From NCBI GenBank assembly GCA_965235115.1, contig OZ249436.1, forward strand, positions 14,014,001 through 14,078,000: a stretch of DNA of 64,000 nt. Reading direction: 5' to 3'. The first letter of the stretch is position 1. The number at the start of each line of letters is the position of its first letter. The translations under genes and the position numbers were made by a program. Below are positions 1 through 13,400 of the stretch, in pieces. Below the pieces are notes generated by a model. The model saw only the letters and a list, made by a program, of their open reading frames with translations, was not told the DNA's origin and did no database searches. The stretch is from Laetmonice hystrix (taxonomy: Eukaryota).

Positions 1-702
1 ACGGCTCTGTTGTTAGCCGAATCGACATGACCCATCTTTGTATTAATACGGCTCTGCTGTTAGCCGAATCGACATGATCCATCTTTGTATTAATTATACG
101 GCTCTGCTGTTAGCCGAATCGACATGACCCATCTTTGTATTAATTATACGGCTCTGCTGTTAGCCGAATCGACATGATCCATCTTTGTATTAATAAGGCT
201 CTGCTGTTAGCCGAATCGACATGATCCATCTTTGTATTAATACGGCTCTGCTGTTAGCCGAATCGACATGACCCATCTTTGTATTAATACGGCTCTGCTG
301 TTAGCCGAATCGACATGACCCGTCTTTGTATTAATACGGCTCTGCTGTTAGCCGAATCGACATGACCCATCTTTGTATTAATACGGCTCTGCTGTTAGCC
401 GAATCGACATGACCCATCTTTGTATTAATACGGCTCTGCTGTTAGCCGAATCGACATGATCCATCTTTGTATTAATTATACGGCTCGGCTGTTAGCCGAA
501 TCGACATGACCCATCTTTGTATTAATAAGGCTCTGTTGTTAGCCGAATCGACATGACCCGTCTTTGTATTAATACGGCTCTGCTGTTAGCCGAATCGACA
601 TGACCCATCTTTGTATTAATAGGGCTCTGCTGTTAGCCGAATCGACATGACCCATCTTTGTATTAATAAAGCTCTGCTGTTAGCCGAATCGACATGACCC
701 AT
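1..702. repeat. 47-bp minisatellite, about 15 copies, running off the window edge
   Basis: ACGGCTCTGCTGTTAGCCGAATCGACATGACCCATCTTTGTATTAAT; some units are 50 bp. Confidence 0.97.
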
Positions 703-1414
703 GGGGCAAAGATTTAGATTGTCCATACCTCGTGAAAATAATCTCATTACGTTATTTCCCTCTATCTTTCTATTTGTCAGCCTTGAATATCAAGTGGTCA
801 TCTGTTCAACGTCTGACAAATTATGCCTTGAAACTCAAACATCAAAATGTTTCAGGTATCAATTTTTCTATGGGTGGAACGGCAAATTATTTGGATAACA
901 ATGATTAGGTTGTGATTGATGGCCAGAGAGGCGGAAATTGGTACAAATGCCTGCCTGACTCCACAGATAATGTGCCGCTGTGAGCCAGCACCTGGCAGTC
1001 ATTTCAGGCCAGTTTGAACTGCCCAACTGAAACAGCCTGGACCATTTCAAAATAAATACATTTCTAAGAACGAAGGCCTTTAATGAAAGGCGTAATGCCG
1101 CTAGGGAGAGCTTAATTAATATTACATAACTGTAGTAAAAATCCGTCCCCGGCTCTGGTACGTGGCGCTACCTGGTGTACATGGACACTATGAAACACCC
1201 CGACAATCTGCAGGGTCTTCTCACGCCTGCTTCAGGCACGAGAAGTGGGGTCAAAAGAAGGGAGTACAGGTAATTGATTCAACTATAGGTGAGACTGCAC
1301 TACTGCGACATCTTAATCGTTATAATTATATATCCATTTATAACATAATAATCATTAATACCAACACCACTAATAGTGAAACTGGTATACGTCTGAATCC
1401 GATTATATACGTAC

Positions 1415-4400
1415 CCTTTGTGGAGGGTGGAGCTTTCGTCAGTTTAGCGTAGACGATGACGTGACGTTTGACAGAAGGACTGTCACACAAGTGCTGCAGG
1501 AACAACTCCATGCCGGGCCGTTCATCACCGCCGCTCTGAAACATGGAAAATCACAGTCCATTTGGACACAGCCGACTGTGGAGTAACGAAGATAGATCAT
1601 ATCCAGACACCTGACCCTGAGGCACCGCACAGATCCTCCCACGGTTACCCAGAGAGAAACATCCATCAGACCGAGTTTACGAGATCAACGCTTCATCTGG
1701 GCCGCGCATTTCCATATTATTGCAGAGGGAATGCCTTTCGGTTAAGAGAAAAAACTGGTCTCATCGTTATATTTACTTAAAATAGATATCATACCTGATG
1801 GCAATATGACTTTATCAAGAACTTTAAATGAAACACATGATATATTGATTCAATATGAATCTTCCATGCTCCCGAGAACCATAATACTGTTCAGTGTGAC
1901 GGTAATATCAATGTAGTTGCTAACTGCCTATTTCCCAACGTTCAACTGAAACAGCGATGGAGAGAATGCTCTGAAAAATAATATTTTTTTGGTCTAGAAG
2001 TTAACTTTCCGCTGAAATGTTTTCATAAAAACTATGAACAGCCTTCAATAATACCTTCTTGTCTGGCATTCATTCGCAGTGCAGCCTTCAATAATACCTT
2101 CTTGACTGACATCCATTCTCAGTGCAGCCTTCAACAATACCTTCTTGTCTGACATTCATTCTCAGTTCAGCCTTCAATAATACCTTGTCTGGCATACATT
2201 CTCAGTTCAGCCTTCAATAATACCTTCTTGACTGACATTCATTCTCAGTGCAGCCTTCAATAATACCTTCTTGACTGACATCCACTCGCAGTGCAGCCTT
2301 CAATAATACCTTCTTGACTGACATCCATTCTCAGTGCAGCTTTCAATAATACCTTGTCGGGCATTCATTCTCAGTTCAGCCTTCAATAATACCTTCTTGT
2401 CTGACTTTCATTCTCAGTTCTAGAGAAAATCCTTTGGCAAAATTCCATAACTTCCATCCGACTGAACAATTCATGGCAATCCACCAATTTAATATAAATC
2501 GAGACATATTCAAGTTAACCGATACTTCAAATATCCCTTGCATGTGCAGGGTGCGGGATAGGCTTGCGTTAGCCAATGATATTTCCCTATCAGGACTGTA
2601 CAAAACATGTTCCTTTGATCCAAGATTATCCGTTAATATGTGAGGGGTTGTCCCCTGGGAGGGTGAAGTCGATGGCTCCATTAAATCAGCGACTGGCACT
2701 TGGGGACTGACAGTTAGGATGACATTAAAATGTCGTCCGTGCGGGGTGTGTGCCACTGAGACTGTCCGCATGCCAGGCGCTGTTCATCACTTCACCAGGA
2801 CCACACAAACCAATGAGAAAATCTCGTTCAGAATTTCCCTCTGGTCACTCAAAGAGGTGCTTTGTAATTGGTTTAATTGTTAATGCGGGGTTACATGCAA
2901 TAGTATCACTGTTATCTGCAGCGCACGTAAGGTTCTGGAGCAATAGCTGCCACTCAAATACACAATTAAATATATTGCTAATGACACGTATAAATAAATA
3001 CAAATTACCAAAGTAAATATTCCGTTAACCCAGGCATGCTCTTTAGCGATAGCGACGATTAGAGATATAATTTAAAGACAGTCATCATGCAAAGCAGAAT
3101 GAGCGGCCGAAGGCATACCATCCTGTAGACTAGTCACCTGGGAGGGTTACCAAGTCATCCATCAATTCATATCGGAATACTAATAGCACAAACTCCCGCC
3201 TCTCCCGCACAAGCGGATTATCACCTGTTTTCACCCCATTGAAAGTAATTTATCAGTACTGCAATATTGTTTGCCTTTGAGACCCATTCTTCAAAACCCG
3301 TAATTCTGACATTCAATAGATTTCACCTCGGAATTGGTAAAGCGCTGACTTCTCTGCAGACCTAGTTACTAATATTACGAGAAGGGATTAGAAAATGACG
3401 GAGAGTTGAGGATGCAGAAAGCATCTTAAATAGCGACGTGGACGTTTTCCTCACAATACAACCATACTAGAATGTATAAAATGGTTACATATGGCAAGCA
3501 GTGCCGACCGTGTGAAACCTTTGTTCTCCTGGAACTCTTGATTCACGACATGTCTGAATGATTCAGACCCTCGTCGACCAAAGCACGGATCTCTACTCTA
3601 AAACCAACGACATCAAATGCGTCCTCTAGTTATACTTTTATGACATGAGAAATGAGGAGACAAAGAAGCCAGAATCAATCACTGGTGACGCCCTGGCTTT
3701 GCCGACTGCCACTTTTGGCCCAAACGACCACAAAAAATATGAAAACCGGAACTTCGTTTTCGCAAACCAGTTTGGAAAATATCGGGTTAACCAAGAGTTT
3801 CAAAGTGCACCCATTCCAAGCATCTCAACTGATTATTTCCGTAGGCGAAGCGGACCAAAAAGGTCTTGACGACGACCAGGAGTGCCTGCCTATCTGTGCC
3901 CTTATTCGGTATACTACACATCGAGCAAGCCTGCCACATAAATATGTCAATTACATACCCGGAGACCATTACCTGTCTTCCCATCCATCACTTCTCCATG
4001 AGACAGGGAAAAAATGCACTTGTCCTTGGTTTTGGAGGGTGGCCTACTTCCGACGGCTCAGTAACTTAGTAGGGTTTGCTACTGTCAGCCTCCATCTTAA
4101 AGACGCAGACGAGGTTCTCTGGGGGTTCAGAGCGAGTCAGTAGTGAGCAGTTGGTGCTTAACGCCCAACCAGCAGTATTTCAGCTATATCAGGGCATTGT
4201 GTGATAATGATGAGATGATAGGAAGAACCCCGCGCACCGGGCGACCCCCTCCTCTTTTCGATCCATGCCAAGGGATCTTTAACGTGCCCACATAGATGTA
4301 TCGTAAGACGGCCGGTTTTTAATAAAGCAGTCGGCAGTACTGGTATGCAGGAAAGTCCGGCGAGGCCGTTTGCCGAACTCAGAACCTTTGGATCAAAGAT

Positions 4401-7400
4401 CTCTCACCACTGCGCCACCCGGATTGTTTCTTACCATTACCTGGACCAGAAACGTGTGGCCAATACAACATTAGAAGTTTTCACAGAATTCTAATGTGTA
4501 CGAGTACTAAACCTTAGCTGGATGGCAAGTCTAGTGAGATGTGTTGTTGTGTCATTAATTACCGACCCGACTGGTCGGTACCAAGTCGTATATAACCAGC
4601 TCGGTAGATTGGCAAATAGTCCCGTCTTGTGGGAAGTGTGCGCGCGTGGCCGTCATGTGGGCCACCAAGTCTTCACTGCCACCTCGGTCGTGCTGATAGT
4701 GTGTCAATGCCCATTACTGCCGTATATACCTGTGCTGGTTGGCAGATGAGAAGTCGCACGACGTTTCACGTTCATTATTCGCCGCCTTTCCCTTCTGGTT
4801 GTCACATGACAGCGCGTTCGTATACCATTAATCAGGCTAAGCTGGCCTTGACAGGCTGCTGCCATGTAATCAATGTTAATGCTAGCTGAAGATGACGTGC
4901 TCACAGCGAAAACAGCAAATACAAACATGGACCCAACACTTCATCTCTGCATGCCTGTCAGCTTCAAAGTTCAACGACAACATTGTGAATTCTAGAGCTG
5001 CAGCTGCCAGTATTCATAATTATAATCGCAATGTATATGACACTCTTGACATATTGTTAGGCATTAATATATCTAAATGGATTTATAGATGAAGGCCATC
5101 AACTGAATTTCATTTTTTGTTCTTGCAGATCAGGATGTTTTCCTTCATGATTACAAAAATTTACAATGTATAAAGGTTCAACACAACCTGTCGGTAGGTC
5201 ATATCGACATCCTTCTGCACGACACACTTTTTGCATTCAATTATATTTCCGAATTCCTACAATAATAAGAGTTATAAGAAGAAATATGGAGATGAAAATC
5301 GCCAAGAAATTGGTCCAAAAAGTATCATTTAAAACTAAATCTCGTTCGATTACGCCCCAGTCGATCGTGGGATCCAATAAAGGTGGCCCTGTAATCCGCA
5401 GGGAGAGGGTCCCCAAGATAACTAGATCCTTATTACCCCGGTATTTAAAACTGCATCAACTCTTGTACGAGCAATGCCACACACATTACACAAGTGTAAA
5501 CGTACATGGATCAGGAATCCCAGCATGGGGGAAATGATAACCGAGTCAAACTAAGTATCAGATCGGATGAAAACAATATTATTTACAGTACCCATAAAAC
5601 TGTCTAGCGATCAAACGGGGCTGTAAGCTCGGCATATACTTTTGCTTAACTTGACCAATTAATAGTGGTTTATTTAAGCAGCTGAACTTTCGTTTCTGAC
5701 ATAAAGTGCCTTTTGTTTAAAAAAAATTCAAAGAATACTGCTAGAATATAGCATCCTGCCCCCCCCCCCCCCCCCAATCATTCCAAGGATACACGACCAA
5801 GCCATCGCGTAGATTAGAGCGAAGGTAGGTGTGGCAAGCTCCGAGCAGTAACCTATTGGCATCCGGCAACGATGCTAACAGATGGCGAATACATAACTAC
5901 TATTTCTGTCCGCAATTCATGAAGTTTAAAAAACAATTTAGGAAACATCCTTTAACTTCTGCTTCCACTCAGGAACTACCCATGTTACTGCCATCTTTGT
6001 CACACTAATTAGCTCCTCATTAATTAGCCCCCAATTAATTATTAACGCGACAGAGAAGGATGCAGCACCAGTGCCAGTGTCAAATTTTTACTGTCATACA
6101 TTCTTCCTAGGGAAATCCTAACCCTACCAGACTGCACCTTATTTTATAGGAGTATTTCTTTATAATTCAGTGAATATCAGATAATGTTCAAATGGTCGGA
6201 TACATAACTATTTGTTGTTCTGCACCTTTCTACGGCCGTGAACACATTGGATCCAGTTGCATATTGAAAACCTCCAGAGTTGACCTCAATTAAACACATG
6301 GTAGATATCAATAGCCTTTCTCTGTCGCTGAGGCTGTGATGTAAAGTAAATGCCAATTACCAATGATCCTACTGCAGTGAGCTCAAGTTATCTTTTCGTG
6401 CATTAAAATCCCCATTGAAAATACACCGGTGTTGCCGACACGACTGAAACGGCCCCCCGGTATTTATGTCTTTCCTCGACCCTACTAAAACTGAAACATT
6501 TTTGGGGATTACGAAACTCCTCAATAAGCATTCATATTAAGTAATGAATGACCTCAGACAATGAACATCGTCTCACTGTAATGTAAACTCCTTACAGGTA
6601 TGTAAAGAATACAAGTCCCGTATGTAAGAATACAAGTATAACACTTCACCTGCCCGTATAGCAGCCTGCTGTCTAACCAATCTAAGATGGTGGACGCCCC
6701 AGGCACAGAACTGACATCCTCACCATTCACATGTATGCCCCCTCCCCCGTCTATAGTACAGGAGACACACACCCAATTCTATCTCTGTTCTTTCGACATA
6801 TCACTACTCCTAATGATCATCGAGCAGACGGACCACATGTAATATTCAACATTTTTTCCCACGACCAAAAACGAAGTAAAGGCTCCTTATCTTGTGAGAA
6901 TCCTGTTTTAAATTTGAGTTTATAGCAGAGGTATCATGCCTGTAATCTCTGACACACTAAGTTAGGGTTTAACAGATTGGGCCGCCGCCACGAAAATCTC
7001 TGCAATTCAACCAAAGTCGTCTGATTAATCAAAGGGAAATCAATCGATCCCCCCCCCTTCTTTTTTTAATCATTCGAGAAAGGAGTTTTTAATCATAATT
7101 GCATTGTTTTGGTTGCCAAGGTATTAGTGTAATCGTTGTGTCAGAGAATAATCCTCCCAATCTTAGGCGTTTATATCATCCTGACTCCTTCAAACCACAT
7201 AATCATTGACTCTACACAACTCGTTCCTCAACTCACACGTGTACACTTCACGTCCTTCAAACCACATAATCACTGACTCTACACAACTCGTTCCTCAACT
7301 CACACGTGTACACTTCACGTCCTTCAAACCACATAATCATTGACTCTACACAACTCGTTCCTCAACTCACACGTGTACACTTCACGTCCTTCAAACCACA

Positions 7401-10400
7401 TAATCATTGACTCTACACAACTCGTTCCTCAACTCACACGTGTACACTTCACGTCCTTCAAACCACATAATCATTGACTCTACACAACTCGTTCCTCAAC
7501 TCACACGTGTACACTTCACGTCCTTCAAACCACATAATCATTGACTCTACACAACTCGTTCCTCAACTCACACGTGTACACTTCACGTCCTTCAAACCAC
7601 ATAATCATTGACTCTACACAACTCGTTCCTCAACTCACACGTGTACACTTCACGTCCTTCAAACCACATAATCACTGACTCTACACAACTCGTTCCTCAA
7701 CTCACACGTGTACACTTTACGTCCTTCAAACCACATAATCATTGACTCTACACAACTCGTTCCTCAACTCACACGTGTACACTTCACGTCCTTCAAACCA
7801 CATAATCATTGACTCTACACAACTCGTTCCTCAACTCACACGTGTACACTTCACGTCCTTCAAACCACATAATCATTGACTCTACACAACTCGTTCCTCA
7901 ACTCACACGTGTACACTTCACGTCCTTCAAACCACATAATCATTGACTCTACACAACTCGTTCCTCAACTCACACGTGTACACTTCACGTCCTTCAAACC
8001 ACATAATCATTGACTCTACACAACTCGTTCCTCAACTCACACGTGTACACTTCACGTCCTTCAAACCACATAATCATTGACTCTACACAACTCGTTCCTC
8101 AACTCACACGTGTACACTTCACGTCCTTCAAACCACATAATCATTGATCCTACACAACTCGTTCCTCAACTCACAGTCACGTGTACACTTCACGTCCTTC
8201 AAACCACATAATCATTGACTCTACACAACTCGTTCCTCAACTCACACGTGTACACTTCACGTCCTTCAAACCACATAATCATTGACCCTACACAACTCGT
8301 TCCTCAACTCACAGTCACGTGTACACTTCACGTCCTTCAAACCACATAATCATTGACTCTACACAACTCGTTCCTCAACTCACACGTGTACACTTCACGT
8401 TCTTCAAACCACATAATCATTGACTCTACACAACTCGTTCCTCAACTCACACGTGTACACTTCACGTCCTTCAAACCACATAATCATTGACTCTACACAA
8501 CTCGTTCCTCAACTCACACGTGTACACTTCACGTCCTTCAAACCACATAATCATTGACTCTACACAACTCGTTCCTCAACTCACACCTGTACACTTCACG
8601 TCCTTCAAACCACATAATCATTGACTCTACACAACTCGTTCCTCAACTCACACGTGTACACTTCACGTTCTTCAAACCACATAATCAATGACTCTACACA
8701 ACTCGTTCCTCAACTCACACGTGTACACTTCACGTCCTTCAAACCACATAATCATTGACTCTACACAACTCGTTCCTCAACTCACACGTGTACACTTCAC
8801 GTCATAACTCGGTACATCGCCCATGATAACTTAGAACCCACGGAATTTGGTCGAAACTAAGGATTGCCTGATCCCTACACCTCCCAAAAACATATCCCTA
8901 TCCTATCCCTATCCCTGACCTAATCCAAACCCCTGCCCAAAGATTTGGTGGGGAAGTTACCATGGGGGGAATACCCCATAACTCGACAACACACCCCACG
9001 GCACACCCGACACTACCAGTGGTCATGGTGATCATGAGGAGCCCAGGTATATAACACCCGGCACTACCAGTGGTCATGGTGATCATGAGGGCCCAGGTAT
9101 ATAACACCCGACACCACCAGTGGTCATGGTGATCATGAGGAGCCCAGGTATATAACACCCGGCACTACCAGTGGTCATGGTGATCATGAGGAGCCCAGGT
9201 ATATAACACCCGACACTACCAGTGGTCTGGTGATCATGAGGAGCCCAGGTATATAACACCCGACACTACCAGTGGTCATGATGATCATGAGGGCCCAGGT
9301 ATATAACACCCGGCACTACCAGTGGTCATGGTGATCATGAGGGCCCAGGTATATAACACCCGACACCACCAGTGGTCATGGTGATCATGAGGAGCCCAGG
9401 TATATAACACCCGGCACTACCAGTGGTCATGGTGATCATGAGGAGCCCAGGTATATAACACCCGACACTACCAGTGGTCTGGTGATCATGAGGAGCCCAG
9501 GTATATAACACCCGACACTACCAGTGGTCATGATGATCATGAGGAGCCCAGGTATATAACACCCGACACTACCAGTGGTCATGATGATGATGATGATGAG
9601 ATCAGGTATATAACACCCGACACTACCAGTGGTCATGGTGATCATGAGGAGCCCAGGTATATAACACCCGACACTACCAGTGGTCATGGTGATCATGAGG
9701 AGCCCATGTATATAACACCCGACACCACCAGTGGTCATGATGATCATGAGGAGCCCAGGTATATAACATCTGACACTACCAGTGGTCATGGTGATCATGA
9801 GGAGCCCAGGTATATAACACCCGGCACTACCAGTGGTCATGGTGATCATGAGGGCCCAGGTATATAACACCCGACACCACCAGTGGTCATGGTGATCATG
9901 AGGAGCCCAGGTATATAACACCCGGCACTACCAGTGGTCATGGTGATCATGAGGAGCCCAGGTATATAACACCCGACACTACCAGTGGTCTGGTGATCAT
10001 GAGGAGCCCAGGTATATAACACCCGGCACTACCAGTGGTCATGGTGATCATGAGGAGCCCAGGTATATAACACCCGACACTACCAGTGGTCATGGTGATC
10101 ATGAGGGCCCAGGTATATAACACCCAACACTACCAGTGGTCATGGTGATCATGAGGAGCCCAGGTATATAACAGCCGACACTACCAGTGGTAATGGTGAT
10201 CATGAGGAGCCCATGTATATAACACCCGACACTACCAGTGGTCATGGTGATCATGACGGCCCAGGTATATAACATCCGACACTACCAGTGGTCATGGTGA
10301 TCATGAGGAGCCCAGGTATATAACAGCTGACACTACCAGTGGTCATGGTGATCATGAGGAGCCCAGGTATATAACAGCCGACACTACCAGTGGTCATGGT

Positions 10401-13400
10401 GATCATGAGGAGCCCAGGTATATAACAGCCGACACTACCAGTGGTCATGGTGATCATGAGGAGCCCAGGTATATAACACCCGGCACTACCAGTGGTCATG
10501 GTGATCATGAGGAGCCCAGGTATATAACACCCGACACTACCAATAATCACGATGATCATGAGGAGCCCAGGTATATAACACCCGACACTACCAATAATCA
10601 CGATGATCATGAGGAGCCCAGGTATATAACACCCGACACTACCAGTGGTCATGGTGATCGTGAGGGCCCAGGTATATAACACCCGACACTACCAGTGGTC
10701 ATGGTGATCATGAGGAGCCCAGGTATATAACACCCGACACTACCAGTGGTCATGGCGATCATGAGGAGCCCAGGTATATAACACCCGACACTACCAGTGG
10801 TTATGGTGATCATGAGGAGCCCAGGTATATAACACCCGGCACTACCAGTGGTTATGGTGATCATGAGGAGCCCAGGTATATAACACCCGACACTACCAGT
10901 GGTCATGGTGATCATGAGGAGCCCAGGTATATAACACCCGACACTACCAGTGGCCTGGTGATCATGAGGAGCCCAGGTATATAACACCCGACACTACCAG
11001 TGGCCTGGTGATCATGAGGAGCCCAGGTATATAACGCCCGACACTACCAGTGGTCATGGTGATCATGAGGGCCCAGGTATATAACACCCGACACCACCAG
11101 TGGTCATGGTGATCATGAGGAGCCCAGGTATATAACACCCGACACTACCAGTGGTCATGGTGATCATGAGGAGCCCAGGTATATAACACCCGACACTACC
11201 AGTGGTCATGGTGATCATGAGGAGCCCAGGTATATAACACCCGACACTACCAGTGGCCTGGTGATCATGAGGAGCCCAGGTATATAACACCCGACACTAC
11301 CAGTGGCCTGGTGATCATGAGGAGCCCAGGTATATAACGCCCGACACTACCAGTGGTCATGGTGATCATGAGGAGCCCAGGTATATAACACCCGACACTA
11401 CCAGTGGTCATGGTGATCATGAGGAGCCCAGGTATATAACACCCGACACTACCAGTGGTCATGGTGATCATGAGGAGTCCAGGTATATAACACCCGACAC
11501 TACCAGTGGTCATGGTGATCGTGAGGCCCAGGTATATAACACCACGTATGGTTCAGCCCTGAAGATTGAGCGTCATTGAGAAATCTCCTGGGTATCCTAA
11601 TTATTACGATTTACAAATGATACAATAAACAGGCGGAAATGTTTGCTGTTAGCTCATAGCTAAAGTAGAAAATGAGTATATTGTGATCAGAAAACCGGTT
11701 CGTCATTTTGTTTATCATGAAGGATCATTTGGTCTTCACACTATTCAGGACTCTTCCCATACTCTGATAACAATCCTCTTCTAATTGTATTCACAGGAGT
11801 GTTCTCAATAGCCTTTCATAGCTACACCATCAAAGTAGAGAAATACTGTCCACAATATAACGCTTTGTCTTCTTCATAAAACTGGTCGTCTGTATGAGAA
11901 GGCATTGTCTTATACAACGAATTCAAGCCTGGGTTCTGGAAGAATAGTTCGGCATACCCTACCGGTAATAATGTCATTTTGAAACGTATGAGATAACAAA
12001 ACTAATCTGCCTGACTGTATTATCGTCCAAATTCAAAAGATAACTCTACTGCTATACCCAATTAAAGAGAACGCTACATACTGCACGCCAACTACCGGTA
12101 CAAGGTTTAAGGAGGCTATAATCCCCGACTTTTTTACTTTAACACAGTAAGACTACTTCTATCATTTTGACTTTATGGTACTAATTAATTTTCTTAACCC
12201 CCATAGAGGAAATAAAAGGTTCGGAACCTTGATACAAATTTGTAAATAATCTTAAGTCATCGGAAAATTATTGGTTAGAATTTACAGGGAACGTACACAT
12301 TCCATATGAATGCACTTCCTCTGGAAAACTAGTCTCTGATCTATATGAATTACCAAACCATTATAGGAAGCCTTGCGTTTCAGGTCTCAACATTGTAGAA
12401 ATCTCTGTCATGTCTGCGGGATTTACCATAAATACCGCTGCCGTTTGCAGTCCTACTGGTAAATCGTTGTGCAATATTCGGTGGACCTAACCTAATATTG
12501 CAGGACGCGTGTAGAAGGAGAACCAACCGCTGTGATTGTCAGGTTTCACACCGTATCGGCCATCTTGTCTCCCTCAGCTTACTTTTATTGGTGAAGGTCA
12601 CTGGATGACGCCAGGGTCAAGTTAATGCCCTTCATTAATGCAATTGGTTTTGTGCGCATGACTTTACCGCGCCTCATTTCACTTACTTCGATTTATTTAT
12701 TTTTTCATTCCAACTCAAAGTCGATAGGATCTGGGATCTAGCAATTTTTGTCGGGGTAATTCTTATCTTCAGCCCGCGTAGTACGCCGTCGTGTCACTCC
12801 TGCTGGCTACCAGCTGTACCACTATGTAACACCCATTTCCAGACCAAGTCTTTCTCTCTTTGTCATCCCCATCGCCGTCGGTGTAGCCTGGAGTCCTCAA
12901 CTGACAGATCTGAGACAGCAAGTGTTGCACTACCGTCCAGTTCAAACCTTACCTTGCCACAATCTGGTGCCCAAACAGTGAAGTCTGACAGGTTGAACCT
13001 AGGACACTGCTTCTAATGACACAGACCACTGCCAGTAATAATAGGCCTGACAGGCTCTAGGGCTGGCAGATTACGGCAGGGTAGGCATTGGTTGGGCCAA
13101 CCTGACAGTCGGCAAGGTGTTGGCTGTCAACTGGAACCATTTACGGGCTGGCCAACAAGCCTACAATTACCCGAGTTATTTTCGCTTGGTAAAGTGTGAT
13201 TTGGACCATTTCCATCACAGTACCTGGGACTTCCTCTTCCCCTTCTTTGACATCATGGCTCCGAATCTGCTATAAGAACAGCGCACCCGAGTTCAATATT
13301 GACGGGCTGGGTTTGTGTTGTGTGAATTGTGTTGCATTATTAAAATAAGTCTGTCAAGACGTGAAACTGTCGAAATTTGTCAAAGTAACGCTTTCTCATC

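Noticed and set aside
1050..1240. Candidate terminal CTC1 exon
   Set aside because: In-phase readings show no resemblance to the CTC1 C-terminus; the last exon probably lies outside the window.
3652..4143. 163-aa plus-strand ORF
   Set aside because: No recognisable motif or splice context.
6388..6453. About 65-bp similarity to 41036-41104 (TTAAAATCCCCATTGAAAATACA)
   Set aside because: Real but short, diverged repeat fragment with no definable element boundaries.
6650..6750. Candidate CTC1 DG-motif exon (DGGGGIHVNGEDV...)
   Set aside because: Wrong phase; exon 15088-14944 (IVDDGTSNA) fits both phase and similarity.
8898..11513. Minus-strand ORFs with repeating MITMTTGSVGCYIPGLL
   Set aside because: By-product of a 51-bp (3n) minisatellite; frames are broken by 50-bp units; lies within a CTC1 intron.
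1..11543. CRISPR-like regular arrays
   Set aside because: Units are head-to-tail with no unique spacers, there are no cas genes, and the context is eukaryotic.
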